Source: Nannocystales bacterium (lineage in GTDB: Bacteria > Myxococcota_A > Polyangia > Nannocystales > Nannocystaceae). Taken from it: DNA of 64,000 nucleotides. The position numbers were made by a program, and so were the translations under genes. The notes under the pieces are model-generated. The model was not told the origin of the DNA. It made no database searches and saw nothing but the letters and a program-made list of their open reading frames with translations. This document shows, in pieces, positions 22,104-31,623 of the stretch. Numbering within the stretch: position 1 is the first letter of the stretch; every line of letters starts with the position of its first letter. The DNA lies in contig JBOEGF010000001.1 of the NCBI GenBank assembly GCA_050633305.1, positions 1 to 64,000 of the forward strand, read 5' to 3'.

Positions 22104-24185
22104 GTGGCGGAAACGGTGCACGAGCCGCTGTCCGACGGACGGCGCCTGGCTTGGTTGACCCTGCCGACCGACGGCGATGGTCGCTTCGGCGCCGTCCAGC
22201 TCGATGGGCTGGAGAACGCGCTCGACGCTGCGTTGGGCGACAGCGAGGTGGCGGCGGTCGTCCTACGGAGCGGGGAGGCCGGTTTCTGCGGCGGACTTGC
22301 TCTCGAAGCGTTTGCCCAGCCAGGTGACCGGCGCTCGGTTGCGGCGACCGCCAAACGACTCCACCGCCTGCAGGCGAGGATGGCGGGCGGCCGTGTCCCC
22401 TGTATCGCTGCGGTCGCGGGAGCCTGTCTCGACGTGGGCCTCGACCTTGCGCTCGCGTGTGGCCACCGGATCGCAGCCGACCATCCCGATGTCCGGATGG
22501 GACTTCCGCAGATCGAGTTGGGCCTGTTGCCGATCGGCGATGCGCTCGCCCGGCTTCCAGGCGTCGTCGGGTTCGAAGCTTCGCTCGATCTGTTGCTCGA
22601 GGGCGAGACGATCGGTGCGGCCCATGCTCGTCGGTTGGGACTCGTGGACGCCGTCGTCCATCCTGCGGGGCTCGAAGCGGCGGCACGCGAGGCCGCGCGG
22701 AGTGCTGCTGCTGCAGGTGCGCCGCCCAAGAACCGCCGTGCGTGGCGACCTGTGTTGCCCGGAGCAGCGCTTCGCAACCGACGCTCCCTGCAGCGCTGGC
22801 AGGAGACGCGGCCCCATGACGACGCACTGGGGGGGGCACGGCTGTCCGCGCTCGAACTCTTGGGCCGCGGCCGCATTCAGGACACGGCCGAGCTGACGAC
22901 CATCTTCAGCGAAGCGGCGGTCTCCGATGCCACCGCCACTCGGCTGCATACGTGGCGATGCGCCCGGGCGCTCGAGCGATGGACTCCGCAGGCGGATGTG
23001 GCTGTGCCCACGCTGACCCGTCTGGGGATCGTTGGCGGCGGCGCTGTCGGGGCTGATCTGGCTGTCGTGGCAGCCCGGGCTGGGGTTTCGGTCCGCATCC
23101 GCGAGAAGTCTCCGCCCGCGCTCGGACGAGCGTTGGCACGGGTCGAGGCCAAGGTCGCCGGCGATCGGGACCATGAACGGCGGACCCGGGCCCGGGCGCG
23201 GCTGAGCGGCGGCCTGGAGCTCGACGGCTTTTCCACGATGGACCTGGTGCTGGAGTCGGTGCCCGAGGAAGTGGCGGTCAAGCGTCGGGTGTTCGCCGAA
23301 CTCGAAGATCGCGTTCGGCCACAGACCATCCTCGCGACCCACCCTCGTGCGACGCCGGTCTCGGAGATCGGGGCTCGAATGCAGCACCCGGAGCGCCTCG
23401 TCGGTATCCGGGTGTTCCGCCCGCTGTCGCGCCGCCCGCTGTGTGAGATCATCGCGACGCCCCAGACCTCCGCTCGGGCCCTCGCGGCGGCGGTGGGCTT
23501 CGCACGTCGAATCAACAAGACGCCGGTCGTCGTTCAGGATGGCCCGGGGTTCTTCACCACACGCGTGCTCGCGGCATACCTGTCTCATGCCGGGGAGTTG
23601 GTCGCGGACGGGTTCTCGATCGACGACATCGATCGCGGTTGCCGTCGCGCAGGGTGGCCGGTTGGACCACTGCAGTTGCTCGACTTCGTCGGGCTGTCCA
23701 CCGCTGTCCGCGTGGGCCACGTGTTGACCGCGGCTCTGGGGGATCGGTTCGACGTGCCCATGCCTCTGGAGGCGATGGCTGCGACCGGACGCGCGTTCTA
23801 CCGTCCCTCGCGTACGGGACCAGACAAGGAGCCCGACCCGCGCGTGCACGACTTCCTCGGGGTGACGACATCCCGCGTCGGCGATGCCGATGAACTTGGC
23901 GAGCGGCTCACGTTGGTGGCGGCGATCGAGGCGGTCCGCTGTCTGCAAGACGGGGTGTTGGCGCGTCCTTCCGACGGGGACGTCGCCGCCGTGCTTGGCC
24001 TGGGCTACCCCGCCACCCGCGGGGGCCCGTTTCGCCACTTGGCGGCACGCGGGTTGGCGGCGGCTCGAAGCCGACTCTCGGCGCTCGAAGATCGCTTCGG
24101 CAGTCGCTATCGTGCGCCCCAGCTGCTCGTCGAACTCGCCGAGCGGGGCAGCGACTTTTCAGCCATGGAGGACGCCTCGTCATGA
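22104..24185 (+). CDS. FadJ/FadB-like fatty-acid oxidation complex alpha-subunit homolog, catalytic residues substituted
   Basis: Crotonase domain (GACLDVGLDLALAC, GLPQIELGLLP), Rossmann GIVGGGAVG, KTPVVVQDGPGF, GWPVGPLQLLD, GLGYP..GGPF. Confidence 0.85.
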   Translation: MAETVHEPLSDGRRLAWLTLPTDGDGRFGAVQLDGLENALDAALGDSEVAAVVLRSGEAGFCGGLALEAFAQPGDRRSVAATAKRLHRLQARMAGGRVPCIAAVAGACLDVGLDLALACGHRIAADHPDVRMGLPQIELGLLPIGDALARLPGVVGFEASLDLLLEGETIGAAHARRLGLVDAVVHPAGLEAAAREAARSAAAAGAPPKNRRAWRPVLPGAALRNRRSLQRWQETRPHDDALGGARLSALELLGRGRIQDTAELTTIFSEAAVSDATATRLHTWRCARALERWTPQADVAVPTLTRLGIVGGGAVGADLAVVAARAGVSVRIREKSPPALGRALARVEAKVAGDRDHERRTRARARLSGGLELDGFSTMDLVLESVPEEVAVKRRVFAELEDRVRPQTILATHPRATPVSEIGARMQHPERLVGIRVFRPLSRRPLCEIIATPQTSARALAAAVGFARRINKTPVVVQDGPGFFTTRVLAAYLSHAGELVADGFSIDDIDRGCRRAGWPVGPLQLLDFVGLSTAVRVGHVLTAALGDRFDVPMPLEAMAATGRAFYRPSRTGPDKEPDPRVHDFLGVTTSRVGDADELGERLTLVAAIEAVRCLQDGVLARPSDGDVAAVLGLGYPATRGGPFRHLAARGLAAARSRLSALEDRFGSRYRAPQLLVELAERGSDFSAMEDASS

Positions 24186-25429
24186 TGGGAGGACGCATTG
24201 CGGTCGTGGACGCGGTCCGCACGCCGTGGAGCCCACGCGGAGGCGGCCTGTCGGGCATGTCGGCCGCAGCACTGGGGGCGGTCGTCGTCCGGGACCTGTT
24301 ACTACGCGCCGCAGTACTGCCCGAGGTTGTCGACCTGGTCGTGGTCGGCTCGGCCCGCAGCGGAGTCTCCGGCTCGCTCGGAGCCGAGGTTGCGTTCCAC
24401 GCCGGGGTCGATGCGGTCGCACCGAGTGTGTCCATGGGCTCGGTCTCGGGCGAACGCGCCATCGCGGAAGCGTCCCGAGCCATCCTCGTCGGCGACATCG
24501 ATACCGCCGTCGCGGTGGGTGTTGAGACGCCCAGCGACCTGCAGGTGGGCCTGTCCGCGCCGCTGCGCGAGGCGGTGATGGGAACCAGGCGAGGGGAGAC
24601 CGCCGGGGACAAGCTGCGTGCATGGGCGGGGGTGAAAGCCACCGACCTCCGACCGACCGCCGCGGTTCTGCGAGATCCGATCTCAGAGCAACCGCTCGCG
24701 GCGGCGGCCGAATCCGTCGCGCTGCGATTCGGACTCGATCGCGCCGCGCAGGATGCCTACGCCGTCCGCTCCCATGCTCGAGCGTTCCGGCGGGTCCGCG
24801 AAGGCGCTGCGGAGGTCGTTCCTGTGCCAGCCCCCGCGGGCGCGGGGGTGATGGTCGTGGAGCATGACGAGGGTCCTCGGGCCGAAGTCACCGCGCAGAG
24901 TTTGGCCCGCCGCGCCTCGTTGGCGAAGGCAGGCGCCGCGCTCTCCGTGCCTGCATCCATCGCCACCGTCACCGGCGGAAACCTCTCCGTGCCCGCCGAT
25001 GGTGCCGCCGCGGTGCTGCTCACCCGGCCGGACCTGGCCCGCAGTCGAGGCTGGCCCATCCTCGGGGAGATTGACGGTGCCCGATTCGCCGCCGCCAACC
25101 CGTTCACCTCCCCGAGATTCGGCGGATCGCAGGCCCTCGACCGGCTGCTCGAAGAGAAGAACGAGCGGCTTGCAGACTTCGCCGTCGTTGAAGCGTCCGA
25201 GTCTGCCGCTGCGTTTGCCCTCGCGTTGCTCGCATCGCAACCCGAGCTCGACCCCGATGTCCTCAATCGGTGGGGCGGCTCGATCGCGCTGGGCCGCTGT
25301 AGTGGGGCGTGCGGCGTGCGTCTGTTGGGAACCGCGGTGCGCCGAATGGCGGCGGCGGGCGTGGACAAGTCGCTGGTGGTCGGAAGCGGCGCCGCGGGTC
25401 ACGGCGCTGCGCTTCTGATTCGGCGCTGA
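24182..25429 (+). CDS. FadI-like thiolase homolog, catalytic residues substituted
   Basis: IAVVDAVRTP, QDAYAVRSHARA, VTGGN..ADGAAAVLL, LNRWGGSIALG; ATGA overlap with the fadJ-like gene. Confidence 0.85.
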   Translation: MMGGRIAVVDAVRTPWSPRGGGLSGMSAAALGAVVVRDLLLRAAVLPEVVDLVVVGSARSGVSGSLGAEVAFHAGVDAVAPSVSMGSVSGERAIAEASRAILVGDIDTAVAVGVETPSDLQVGLSAPLREAVMGTRRGETAGDKLRAWAGVKATDLRPTAAVLRDPISEQPLAAAAESVALRFGLDRAAQDAYAVRSHARAFRRVREGAAEVVPVPAPAGAGVMVVEHDEGPRAEVTAQSLARRASLAKAGAALSVPASIATVTGGNLSVPADGAAAVLLTRPDLARSRGWPILGEIDGARFAAANPFTSPRFGGSQALDRLLEEKNERLADFAVVEASESAAAFALALLASQPELDPDVLNRWGGSIALGRCSGACGVRLLGTAVRRMAAAGVDKSLVVGSGAAGHGAALLIRR

Positions 25430-25433
25430 CGCG

Positions 25434-25898
25434 TCAGCCTGCGGATTCGGCGAGGATCTTGGAGCCGAGCTGACGGGCGAGTGCGCCGTCGATCTCGTCC
25501 TTGTGGTCCTTCATCAGCGCACCCATGAGCTTGCCCATCTCCTTGGGGCCCGAGATGCCCACCTTTGCGATCACGTCGCGGACGAGCGCTTCGGTGGCAG
25601 CTTCGTCGAGCTTCTTCGGCAAGAACTGCTCGCAGAACGCCAGCTCAAAGCGTGTCTCTTCCATGGCATCGGCAGCGCGGTCGCCAGCCTTGTCGAGCTC
25701 GACCATCGTCTTGCCCAATTGCTTTGCGTAGGCGGCGATCGTCTCCTGCCACAGGGCGTCGTCTTCTTCCCGATCGGCACCCGACTTCACAACGTTCAGA
25801 ACCTTCGCGCGGAGCATGGCGATCACGTTCTTCGTGGGCTCGTCGCGGTCACGTCGAGCCTGCTTGAACTTCTCTTGGATCTTCTCGCGGACGGACAT
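25434..25898 (-). CDS. GatB/YqeY domain protein
   Basis: Start at MSVREKIQ; FLPKKLDE, KEMGKLMGALM, IDG. Confidence 0.88.
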   Translation of the reverse strand: MSVREKIQEKFKQARRDRDEPTKNVIAMLRAKVLNVVKSGADREEDDALWQETIAAYAKQLGKTMVELDKAGDRAADAMEETRFELAFCEQFLPKKLDEAATEALVRDVIAKVGISGPKEMGKLMGALMKDHKDEIDGALARQLGSKILAESAG

Positions 25899-25957
25899 TC
25901 GGCGAAGACTACTACGACCAGGACAGACGGACGTCTCTGCGTCCATCTCGCCCCAAC

Positions 25958-26695
25958 CTACCTCCCACGGTCGGTGTCGCGAGTCTCGCGGATGCGGGCG
26001 TAGGCTTCGCTGCGGGCCCCTCGGTGCGCCTCGAGCAGCTCGGTGGAGACGGCCCCACGTTGCAATGCGCGAAGAAACCGTCGGTGCGCGCCTTGGCTCA
26101 TCGGGTCGCCCCGGCCGAGCGCTGCGATGGTCGTCTCGATCGTGGCCGGGAGCGCGGTCCGGGCTACGAGGTGGGTCAGGGCGCCGGCTTCGGCCAGCGC
26201 GTCCGCATGGACACGTTCGCCCAACAACAGGAGCCGCCGAAGGATGGCTTGGCCCAGGACAGCGTGCAGCCGCTGCAGGCCTGCCGCGTGATAGACGACG
26301 CCCAGCTTTGCCGCGGGGATTGCGAACCATGCGTCGTCGCAGGCGATGCGGAGGTCACAGGCGCAGGCCAGCTCTAGGCCGGCCCCGATTGCGAAGCCGT
26401 TGATCGCCGCGATGAAGGTCGCGTCCGCGGACTCGATCGCAGCGGTCGCCTCGGCCAGCGGGTGGTCGGGCGGCGGGCCGTCGGCGCTGGGTTGCAACGC
26501 GGTCAGGTCGAACCCGGCACAGAACGCGCTGTCGCCAGCGCCACGCAGGACGACGGTCTCTCCGCGAAGTGTCGCGGACCGTCGCGAGATCCAGCGAAGG
26601 GCTTCGGGTCCAATCGCGTTGCGACGCTCGGGTTTGTCGAGGGTCCACCACAGTGCGCCGTCCCGGCTCTCCTCGTGCAGGCCGACCGGGCTCAC
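25958..26695 (-). CDS. Enoyl-CoA hydratase/isomerase (crotonase) family protein
   Basis: LDKPERRNAI, AFCAGFDL, IAAINGFAIGAGLELACACDLRIA, PAAKLG. Confidence 0.9.
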   Translation of the reverse strand: MSPVGLHEESRDGALWWTLDKPERRNAIGPEALRWISRRSATLRGETVVLRGAGDSAFCAGFDLTALQPSADGPPPDHPLAEATAAIESADATFIAAINGFAIGAGLELACACDLRIACDDAWFAIPAAKLGVVYHAAGLQRLHAVLGQAILRRLLLLGERVHADALAEAGALTHLVARTALPATIETTIAALGRGDPMSQGAHRRFLRALQRGAVSTELLEAHRGARSEAYARIRETRDTDRGR

Positions 26696-27120
26696 TGCGG
26701 GTCAGCCCTCACGCCTGCAGGGCCCTTCCGGGTGCCGGCGGGCCCTTTGCCCCCGGTCGGAGGTTTACCGTCCACGGTGAAGGTGGGCATGGCGGAACCG
26801 TTGGGATCGATCTCGCCGTTGAGGGAGGCCTTCTGCAGGTCGTCCAGCGTGCGGGCGAGCGGCGAGTCGGGGTTTTGCATCGCCTTTCGGCGCAGCGCGT
26901 ACGCACGCTTCCGCCGGAGCTCGGGCGTGAGCTCCGCGGGGTCGAGCGCGATGAGCCGCTTGTCTTCCTCGCTCAGCGGGGGAGGCTTGGGTTTGGAGTC
27001 GTCCGCCTTGGAGTCCGTGGCCTTGGACTCCGCGGATTGACCCGCATCGGCATCTGGGGGTGATGCCTTCGGACACGCTGTGAGCAGGCCGGCCATCGTC
27101 GCGATCACGAGCACGCGCAT
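26692..27120 (-). CDS. Hypothetical lipoprotein
   Basis: MRVLVIATMAGLLTAC lipobox; stop overlaps the crotonase start. Confidence 0.7.
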   Translation of the reverse strand: MRVLVIATMAGLLTACPKASPPDADAGQSAESKATDSKADDSKPKPPPLSEEDKRLIALDPAELTPELRRKRAYALRRKAMQNPDSPLARTLDDLQKASLNGEIDPNGSAMPTFTVDGKPPTGGKGPAGTRKGPAGVRADPQ

Positions 27121-27139
27121 GGGCCCCACGGTACCAGTC

Positions 27140-28999
27140 TCAGGCGACGCTGGCTGAGCCCTTGCGGAGCGCCCGGACGAGCGCGAGCGGGATGGCGAGG
27201 GTGAGTACGAGCTGGAGCACGCCGAGGACGGGGCTGGCCTCAAACAAGACGAACGGATGCGGGGTGTACCCGTGGTCGGCCGCTGCGGTGACCGCGGCGC
27301 AGACCATCTCGAAGCAAATGGCGCTGTAGCAGATCATGGCGAACAGGCTGCCCAGGATGTTGGTGGGGAGTGCGACGAGCCGAACCGCCAACAAGGCCAG
27401 CACGACCAGGGCCCAGAGCAGGTGGAATGCTCCCATGGGCACCAAGGGGACGGCTCCGGGTCCGAACACGAGGACCAGCAGTCCGGCGTGCATGCCGACG
27501 AACGCCGCGAACTCGACCATGATGCCGCGAAGCGGAAGCGTTCGAAGCGTTGAGGGCCCGTCGCCGACTGGCACCCGGCCCGCGACGATGAGCTGCCATG
27601 CGAAGGCAACGAGGCCGAGGGAGACGAAGTACGCGGGGATCGCATCGTTCGCGTCGAACTCCGGGACCACGGCGAGTGCGAGAACCATGGACACGGCAGC
27701 TGCGAGCAGCCCTTCCGTGCGAGTGAGCGAGGGCTGCGTCCGTCCCTCGATGCGCCGGGTCAGCGCCCGGCTCATGACGTAGGCGAGGACGGAGAGGCCG
27801 ACGACCGACACCGAGATGATGACGAGTGCGTGTTGGGTTTCGGCGACGGACAGCCGCGCGTGTGGGACGAACAGCTCGCGCAGCCCATGCACGAGGCCGA
27901 CCGGAGGCATCATGGCAATCAGACCGACCATGTCGTCTTCGAGGCCCATGCCGATACCGGTGGAGAAGAGCATCAACATGCACAGCGCGCCTGTGAGCAG
28001 TGTTGCGACGATTCCGGACGACCAACGACGCCCCAGTCCGAACCCGATCAGCTGCGTGAACAACACCAAGAACAGCGACGCCGCTGGGAGCAGCAGCAGG
28101 AATGGAACGAGGTTCTCGGTGTGACCGGCGGACAAGCCGGCGAGCAACATCACCAGAAACGACGGAGCGGCCAGGACCGATGCCAGTGCCACGCCCGCCG
28201 CGGTAAAGCCTGTGACGATGTCGACGGGGCGCAACCGCGTGCCGAGTACGGGCTGCAATGTGTTTTCGTGGACCTCCTGGGCGACGGTCGCTCCGGAGGC
28301 CAACGGCGCCACGATCAGCATGAGCAGGACGACGAATCCTCCTGCGACTGCGCCGGTCAGTCGTACGCCGTCCGCGAAACTCAGCGGCGAGGTGTACAGC
28401 TCGACGTTGGGCACGAGTTGCTGGTCGATGATCGCCCGCACGCGCTGGCGCTCGGCGGGCGCGTGCCAATCGAACTGCCAGTCGCGGGCTTCTTGGCCGT
28501 ATTGCCACGTCGCGTCGTCGACGCTGTAGCGCGTGGAGGGGTGCCTCTCGAGGAGGGCTCGAATGTCGGCTTCGAGGCCAACGTACTGCGGCGGCGCAGG
28601 CGTGGTGAGTGCGGTGTGCAGCGTCGCGTAGCCTTGCTCTCGGGCGTCGGCGAGGCGGGAGTAGCCCGACGCAGTGGCGTGGCCCGCGAGCGTGCGCGCC
28701 CGTTCGGCGGTGAGCATTTCGTAGACGTACCCGTCGCGCACGGTCAACGTGAACTCGGCTCTCTCCCGCTCCCCGCTCCATTGCTCGAGGTCCAACTGCC
28801 GGCGCACGTCTTGCTCAAACCCGCCGCTTCCAAAGGAGAGCCATGCGCCCACGAGTACGCTGAGCACACCCAGAAGGAGGGACACCGCCATGTACCGACG
28901 GAGCCGGTGGCCGCGAAACATCCGGGTCACGAAGGGAAGGCTGGCGTCGCGAAGCTGGTCGAGGCGCGCGCGAGTGGACGAGGTGGTGGGGATGGGCAT
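27140..28999 (-). CDS. ABC-2-type permease-like multi-pass membrane protein
   Basis: Many TM helices, extracytoplasmic loop, APLASGATVAQEVHENTLQPVLGT coupling-like motif; directly downstream of an ABC ATPase. Confidence 0.75.
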   Translation of the reverse strand: MPIPTTSSTRARLDQLRDASLPFVTRMFRGHRLRRYMAVSLLLGVLSVLVGAWLSFGSGGFEQDVRRQLDLEQWSGERERAEFTLTVRDGYVYEMLTAERARTLAGHATASGYSRLADAREQGYATLHTALTTPAPPQYVGLEADIRALLERHPSTRYSVDDATWQYGQEARDWQFDWHAPAERQRVRAIIDQQLVPNVELYTSPLSFADGVRLTGAVAGGFVVLLMLIVAPLASGATVAQEVHENTLQPVLGTRLRPVDIVTGFTAAGVALASVLAAPSFLVMLLAGLSAGHTENLVPFLLLLPAASLFLVLFTQLIGFGLGRRWSSGIVATLLTGALCMLMLFSTGIGMGLEDDMVGLIAMMPPVGLVHGLRELFVPHARLSVAETQHALVIISVSVVGLSVLAYVMSRALTRRIEGRTQPSLTRTEGLLAAAVSMVLALAVVPEFDANDAIPAYFVSLGLVAFAWQLIVAGRVPVGDGPSTLRTLPLRGIMVEFAAFVGMHAGLLVLVFGPGAVPLVPMGAFHLLWALVVLALLAVRLVALPTNILGSLFAMICYSAICFEMVCAAVTAAADHGYTPHPFVLFEASPVLGVLQLVLTLAIPLALVRALRKGSASVA

Positions 29000-29007
29000 G
29001 GCGGACC

Positions 29008-29958
29008 TCAGTTGACCTGGTCTTCGGAGAGGCGGTTGTAGACGTCTTCGAGGCGGCTGCGGACGCGGCTGCAGGTCACGACCCGCACCCCTGCGCCGCA
29101 GAGCTCGGCGAGCATGTCGGCGACCGCTGCGTCGTCGCCTTGGACTTGGAGCGACAGCGCGGTGAGGCCGTCGGCCTCGGCCTCACCCTCGATGAGCACT
29201 CGCCGTCGGGCGAGAATCTCCCGCGCTTGCGAGAGCCCGCTGAGGATGCGGAGTTCGTAGACGAGCCGGCTGACCTCGTAGCGCTCGATGATGTTGTTGA
29301 CCTCGCCGCTGACGACGATCGTGCCCTGCTGCAGGATTGCGACTTGGTCGCAGAGGTCGTCGAGCTCGCGGAGGATGTGCGAGGAGATGATCACCGTGAC
29401 GCCGCGGTCGCGAATCTGTCCGACGATGGTGCGGAGGTCGCTGCGGCCGCGCGGGTCGAGCCCATCGGCGGGCTCGTCGAGGATGAGCAGCGACGGGTCA
29501 TGCAGCAGGCAGCGCGCAACGAGCAGCCGCTGCCGCATTCCCTTGGACAGTGCCTTACACAGCGCGTCGGCTTTGTTGCCGAGGCTGAAGGTGGCCAGGA
29601 CCTCATCGACCTTGGAGCGCAGCGAGGGTCCGCGCAGCCCGAAACACTGACCGAAGAAGGTCAGGTACTCGGCCGCGGTCATGTCCTTGTACAGAGGGTT
29701 GCCATCGCCGAGGAATCCGATCTGGCTGCGCAGCGCCTGATGGCTGGCAGCATCGGTGGCCACCTCGCCGTCGTAGGCGATCGTGCCTCCCGTCGGCTCC
29801 ATGACGGTGGCGACCATACGCAGCGCAGTCGACTTTCCGGCGCCGTTGGGCCCGATCAGGCCCAGGATCGATCCACTGGGGATCGTCAAATCTACGTCGC
29901 GCACCGCATAGGTGCTGCCGTCATAGGTCTTGCTGATCGCGTTGAGTTCGACGCGCAT
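29008..29958 (-). CDS. ABC transporter ATP-binding protein (exporter type)
   Basis: GPNGAGKST, LSKGMRQR, LILDEP, SSHIL. Confidence 0.95.
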   Translation of the reverse strand: MRVELNAISKTYDGSTYAVRDVDLTIPSGSILGLIGPNGAGKSTALRMVATVMEPTGGTIAYDGEVATDAASHQALRSQIGFLGDGNPLYKDMTAAEYLTFFGQCFGLRGPSLRSKVDEVLATFSLGNKADALCKALSKGMRQRLLVARCLLHDPSLLILDEPADGLDPRGRSDLRTIVGQIRDRGVTVIISSHILRELDDLCDQVAILQQGTIVVSGEVNNIIERYEVSRLVYELRILSGLSQAREILARRRVLIEGEAEADGLTALSLQVQGDDAAVADMLAELCGAGVRVVTCSRVRSRLEDVYNRLSEDQVN

Positions 29959-30148
29959 GCCGATTACGAACGTTCCATGGGACGAACTGATTGCATCACA
30001 GATGCATTCGGGCCGGCAGAGGTCGAACTGGGCCTTTCAACGGCGCGTCTATCGTCCCAGGCGTGGAGCTGGCTCACGTCTCGCACTCGGCTACTCTGTA
30101 AAAAGCGGGTGGGCGACAACATTTTCAGAGTGGGCAAAGGCGGTGGGC

Positions 30149-31588
30149 GTGGTGAAGAGTAGGTTTTGTAAGTTTTTGACGGCGAGTGGGCTTGCGGCTG
30201 CGATGGCGCTGCCGCTCGGGTGCGCCAGTCGGCCCAAAGCGTACGCGGAAGTGTCTGTGGTCTCCGCGGCCCGCAGTCGCTCCTCGTCCAACGAAGTGCT
30301 GGTGCAGCACGCCGAGGCCGCCGTGGCGGTTGTCGAGACCCCATCGGGGCGCGGTTTGGGATTCGTTGTCGACCCACGCGGCTATCTCGTCACGAACCGT
30401 CACGTGGTCGAGGACGCCAGCCATGTCGAATCGGTGTCGTTCCCTGCGCATGACCCGCCCATGACGTACCACTCCGTGGAGGTCGTCTATACCGATCCCG
30501 AGCGCGACCTCGCGCTGATCCGCGTGCACACGGACGACGAGCTACCCAGGCTCCCGCTCGCGACCCGGAAGCCACTCCCGCTCGCGCGCTACCTCGGTCC
30601 CGGCGATCCGGTCGTGCTCGTCGAATACGATCACCCCACCGAAGATGATCGCGTTCCGGACCTTTCGACGGCGCACTTCGTGTCACACAACGCCGCCGTG
30701 ACGACGCTCGGCGCGGTCAATCCGGCGGCAGGCCCTGGCGAGTTTCTCGGCATCGATGCCGACGTCAAGCGAGGGCAAAGCGGCGGCCCCGTGCTCGACC
30801 GACACGGCCGCGTCGTCGGTGTGGTCACCTGGACATGGCGTGACCGGGTGGGCGGCTTCGCGATCCCGGTTGCGGACGTCCTGGACATGCTCGGGGAGCG
30901 GCCCGCACTGGATTCGGCCGATCAGCATCGGGACCGAATCGCCACGCGCTCGCGCGAGTTCCTCTCGGCGCTGGGTCGAGGCGACGTGGACGATGCCCGG
31001 CGCATTACCTCGCCGTCCCATGCGCGCCAGGTTCGGTCTGACGCCGTCGAAAAAATTACGGCGCAACTCGACCGCGACGGAGCGCCGGTCATCCAAGGGT
31101 TCTTCGCCGCGGTCGAGTCACTCGTCGGCGAGGAAGAGGCGTTCTCGATGTTGCGCGACGCGGTCGCTCGCACCGCGACCCCCGAGTTTCGTGAAGCGCT
31201 CGCGCTCCCCGACGACCTCGAGGATGCGCAGATCGTCAGCTTCTTCTTCGAGCTCGGACAGGCCTATTTGATCGCACGTGTCGCGGGCGACATGTCTCCG
31301 GACGAAGCCCTACGCCGCGCGTTGGTGCGATTGGACACTGTCGACGCGGCGCGCACGTTCGCAATCGCCGACGTGTTGACCGAGTTGGCAGGCAGCGCGG
31401 TGGAGATTCAGAAGGTCGAGGTCGTGCCTGGTGCGTACTCCCCGACTGCGGTGGTCTCCCTAGCCCGGACGCCCGGAGCCGATGAAGTGGGTCGTGGCCG
31501 GCAGCTGACGCTCCACATGAAGCTGGAGTGGGGCGACTGGTACGTCACCTCGGTCGGTCCCACGCCACTGTCGGACCGCGTTGACTGA
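30149..31588 (+). CDS. Trypsin-like serine protease lipoprotein with unidentified C-terminal domain (start approximate)
   Basis: LPLGC lipobox; triad TNRHV, DLALI, GQSGGP; helical C-terminus ending LEWGDWYV. Confidence 0.85.
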   Translation: MVKSRFCKFLTASGLAAAMALPLGCASRPKAYAEVSVVSAARSRSSSNEVLVQHAEAAVAVVETPSGRGLGFVVDPRGYLVTNRHVVEDASHVESVSFPAHDPPMTYHSVEVVYTDPERDLALIRVHTDDELPRLPLATRKPLPLARYLGPGDPVVLVEYDHPTEDDRVPDLSTAHFVSHNAAVTTLGAVNPAAGPGEFLGIDADVKRGQSGGPVLDRHGRVVGVVTWTWRDRVGGFAIPVADVLDMLGERPALDSADQHRDRIATRSREFLSALGRGDVDDARRITSPSHARQVRSDAVEKITAQLDRDGAPVIQGFFAAVESLVGEEEAFSMLRDAVARTATPEFREALALPDDLEDAQIVSFFFELGQAYLIARVAGDMSPDEALRRALVRLDTVDAARTFAIADVLTELAGSAVEIQKVEVVPGAYSPTAVVSLARTPGADEVGRGRQLTLHMKLEWGDWYVTSVGPTPLSDRVD

Positions 31589-31623
31589 CGCCGCCGGGCC
31601 AATTGCCAGACCTGCGGCAAGCT

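Noticed and set aside
22104..25429. Calling the fadJ/fadI-like genes classical pseudogenes or assigning gene symbols
   Set aside because: No stops or frameshifts are seen, so they are not classical pseudogenes; the catalytic substitutions make functional symbols unjustified.
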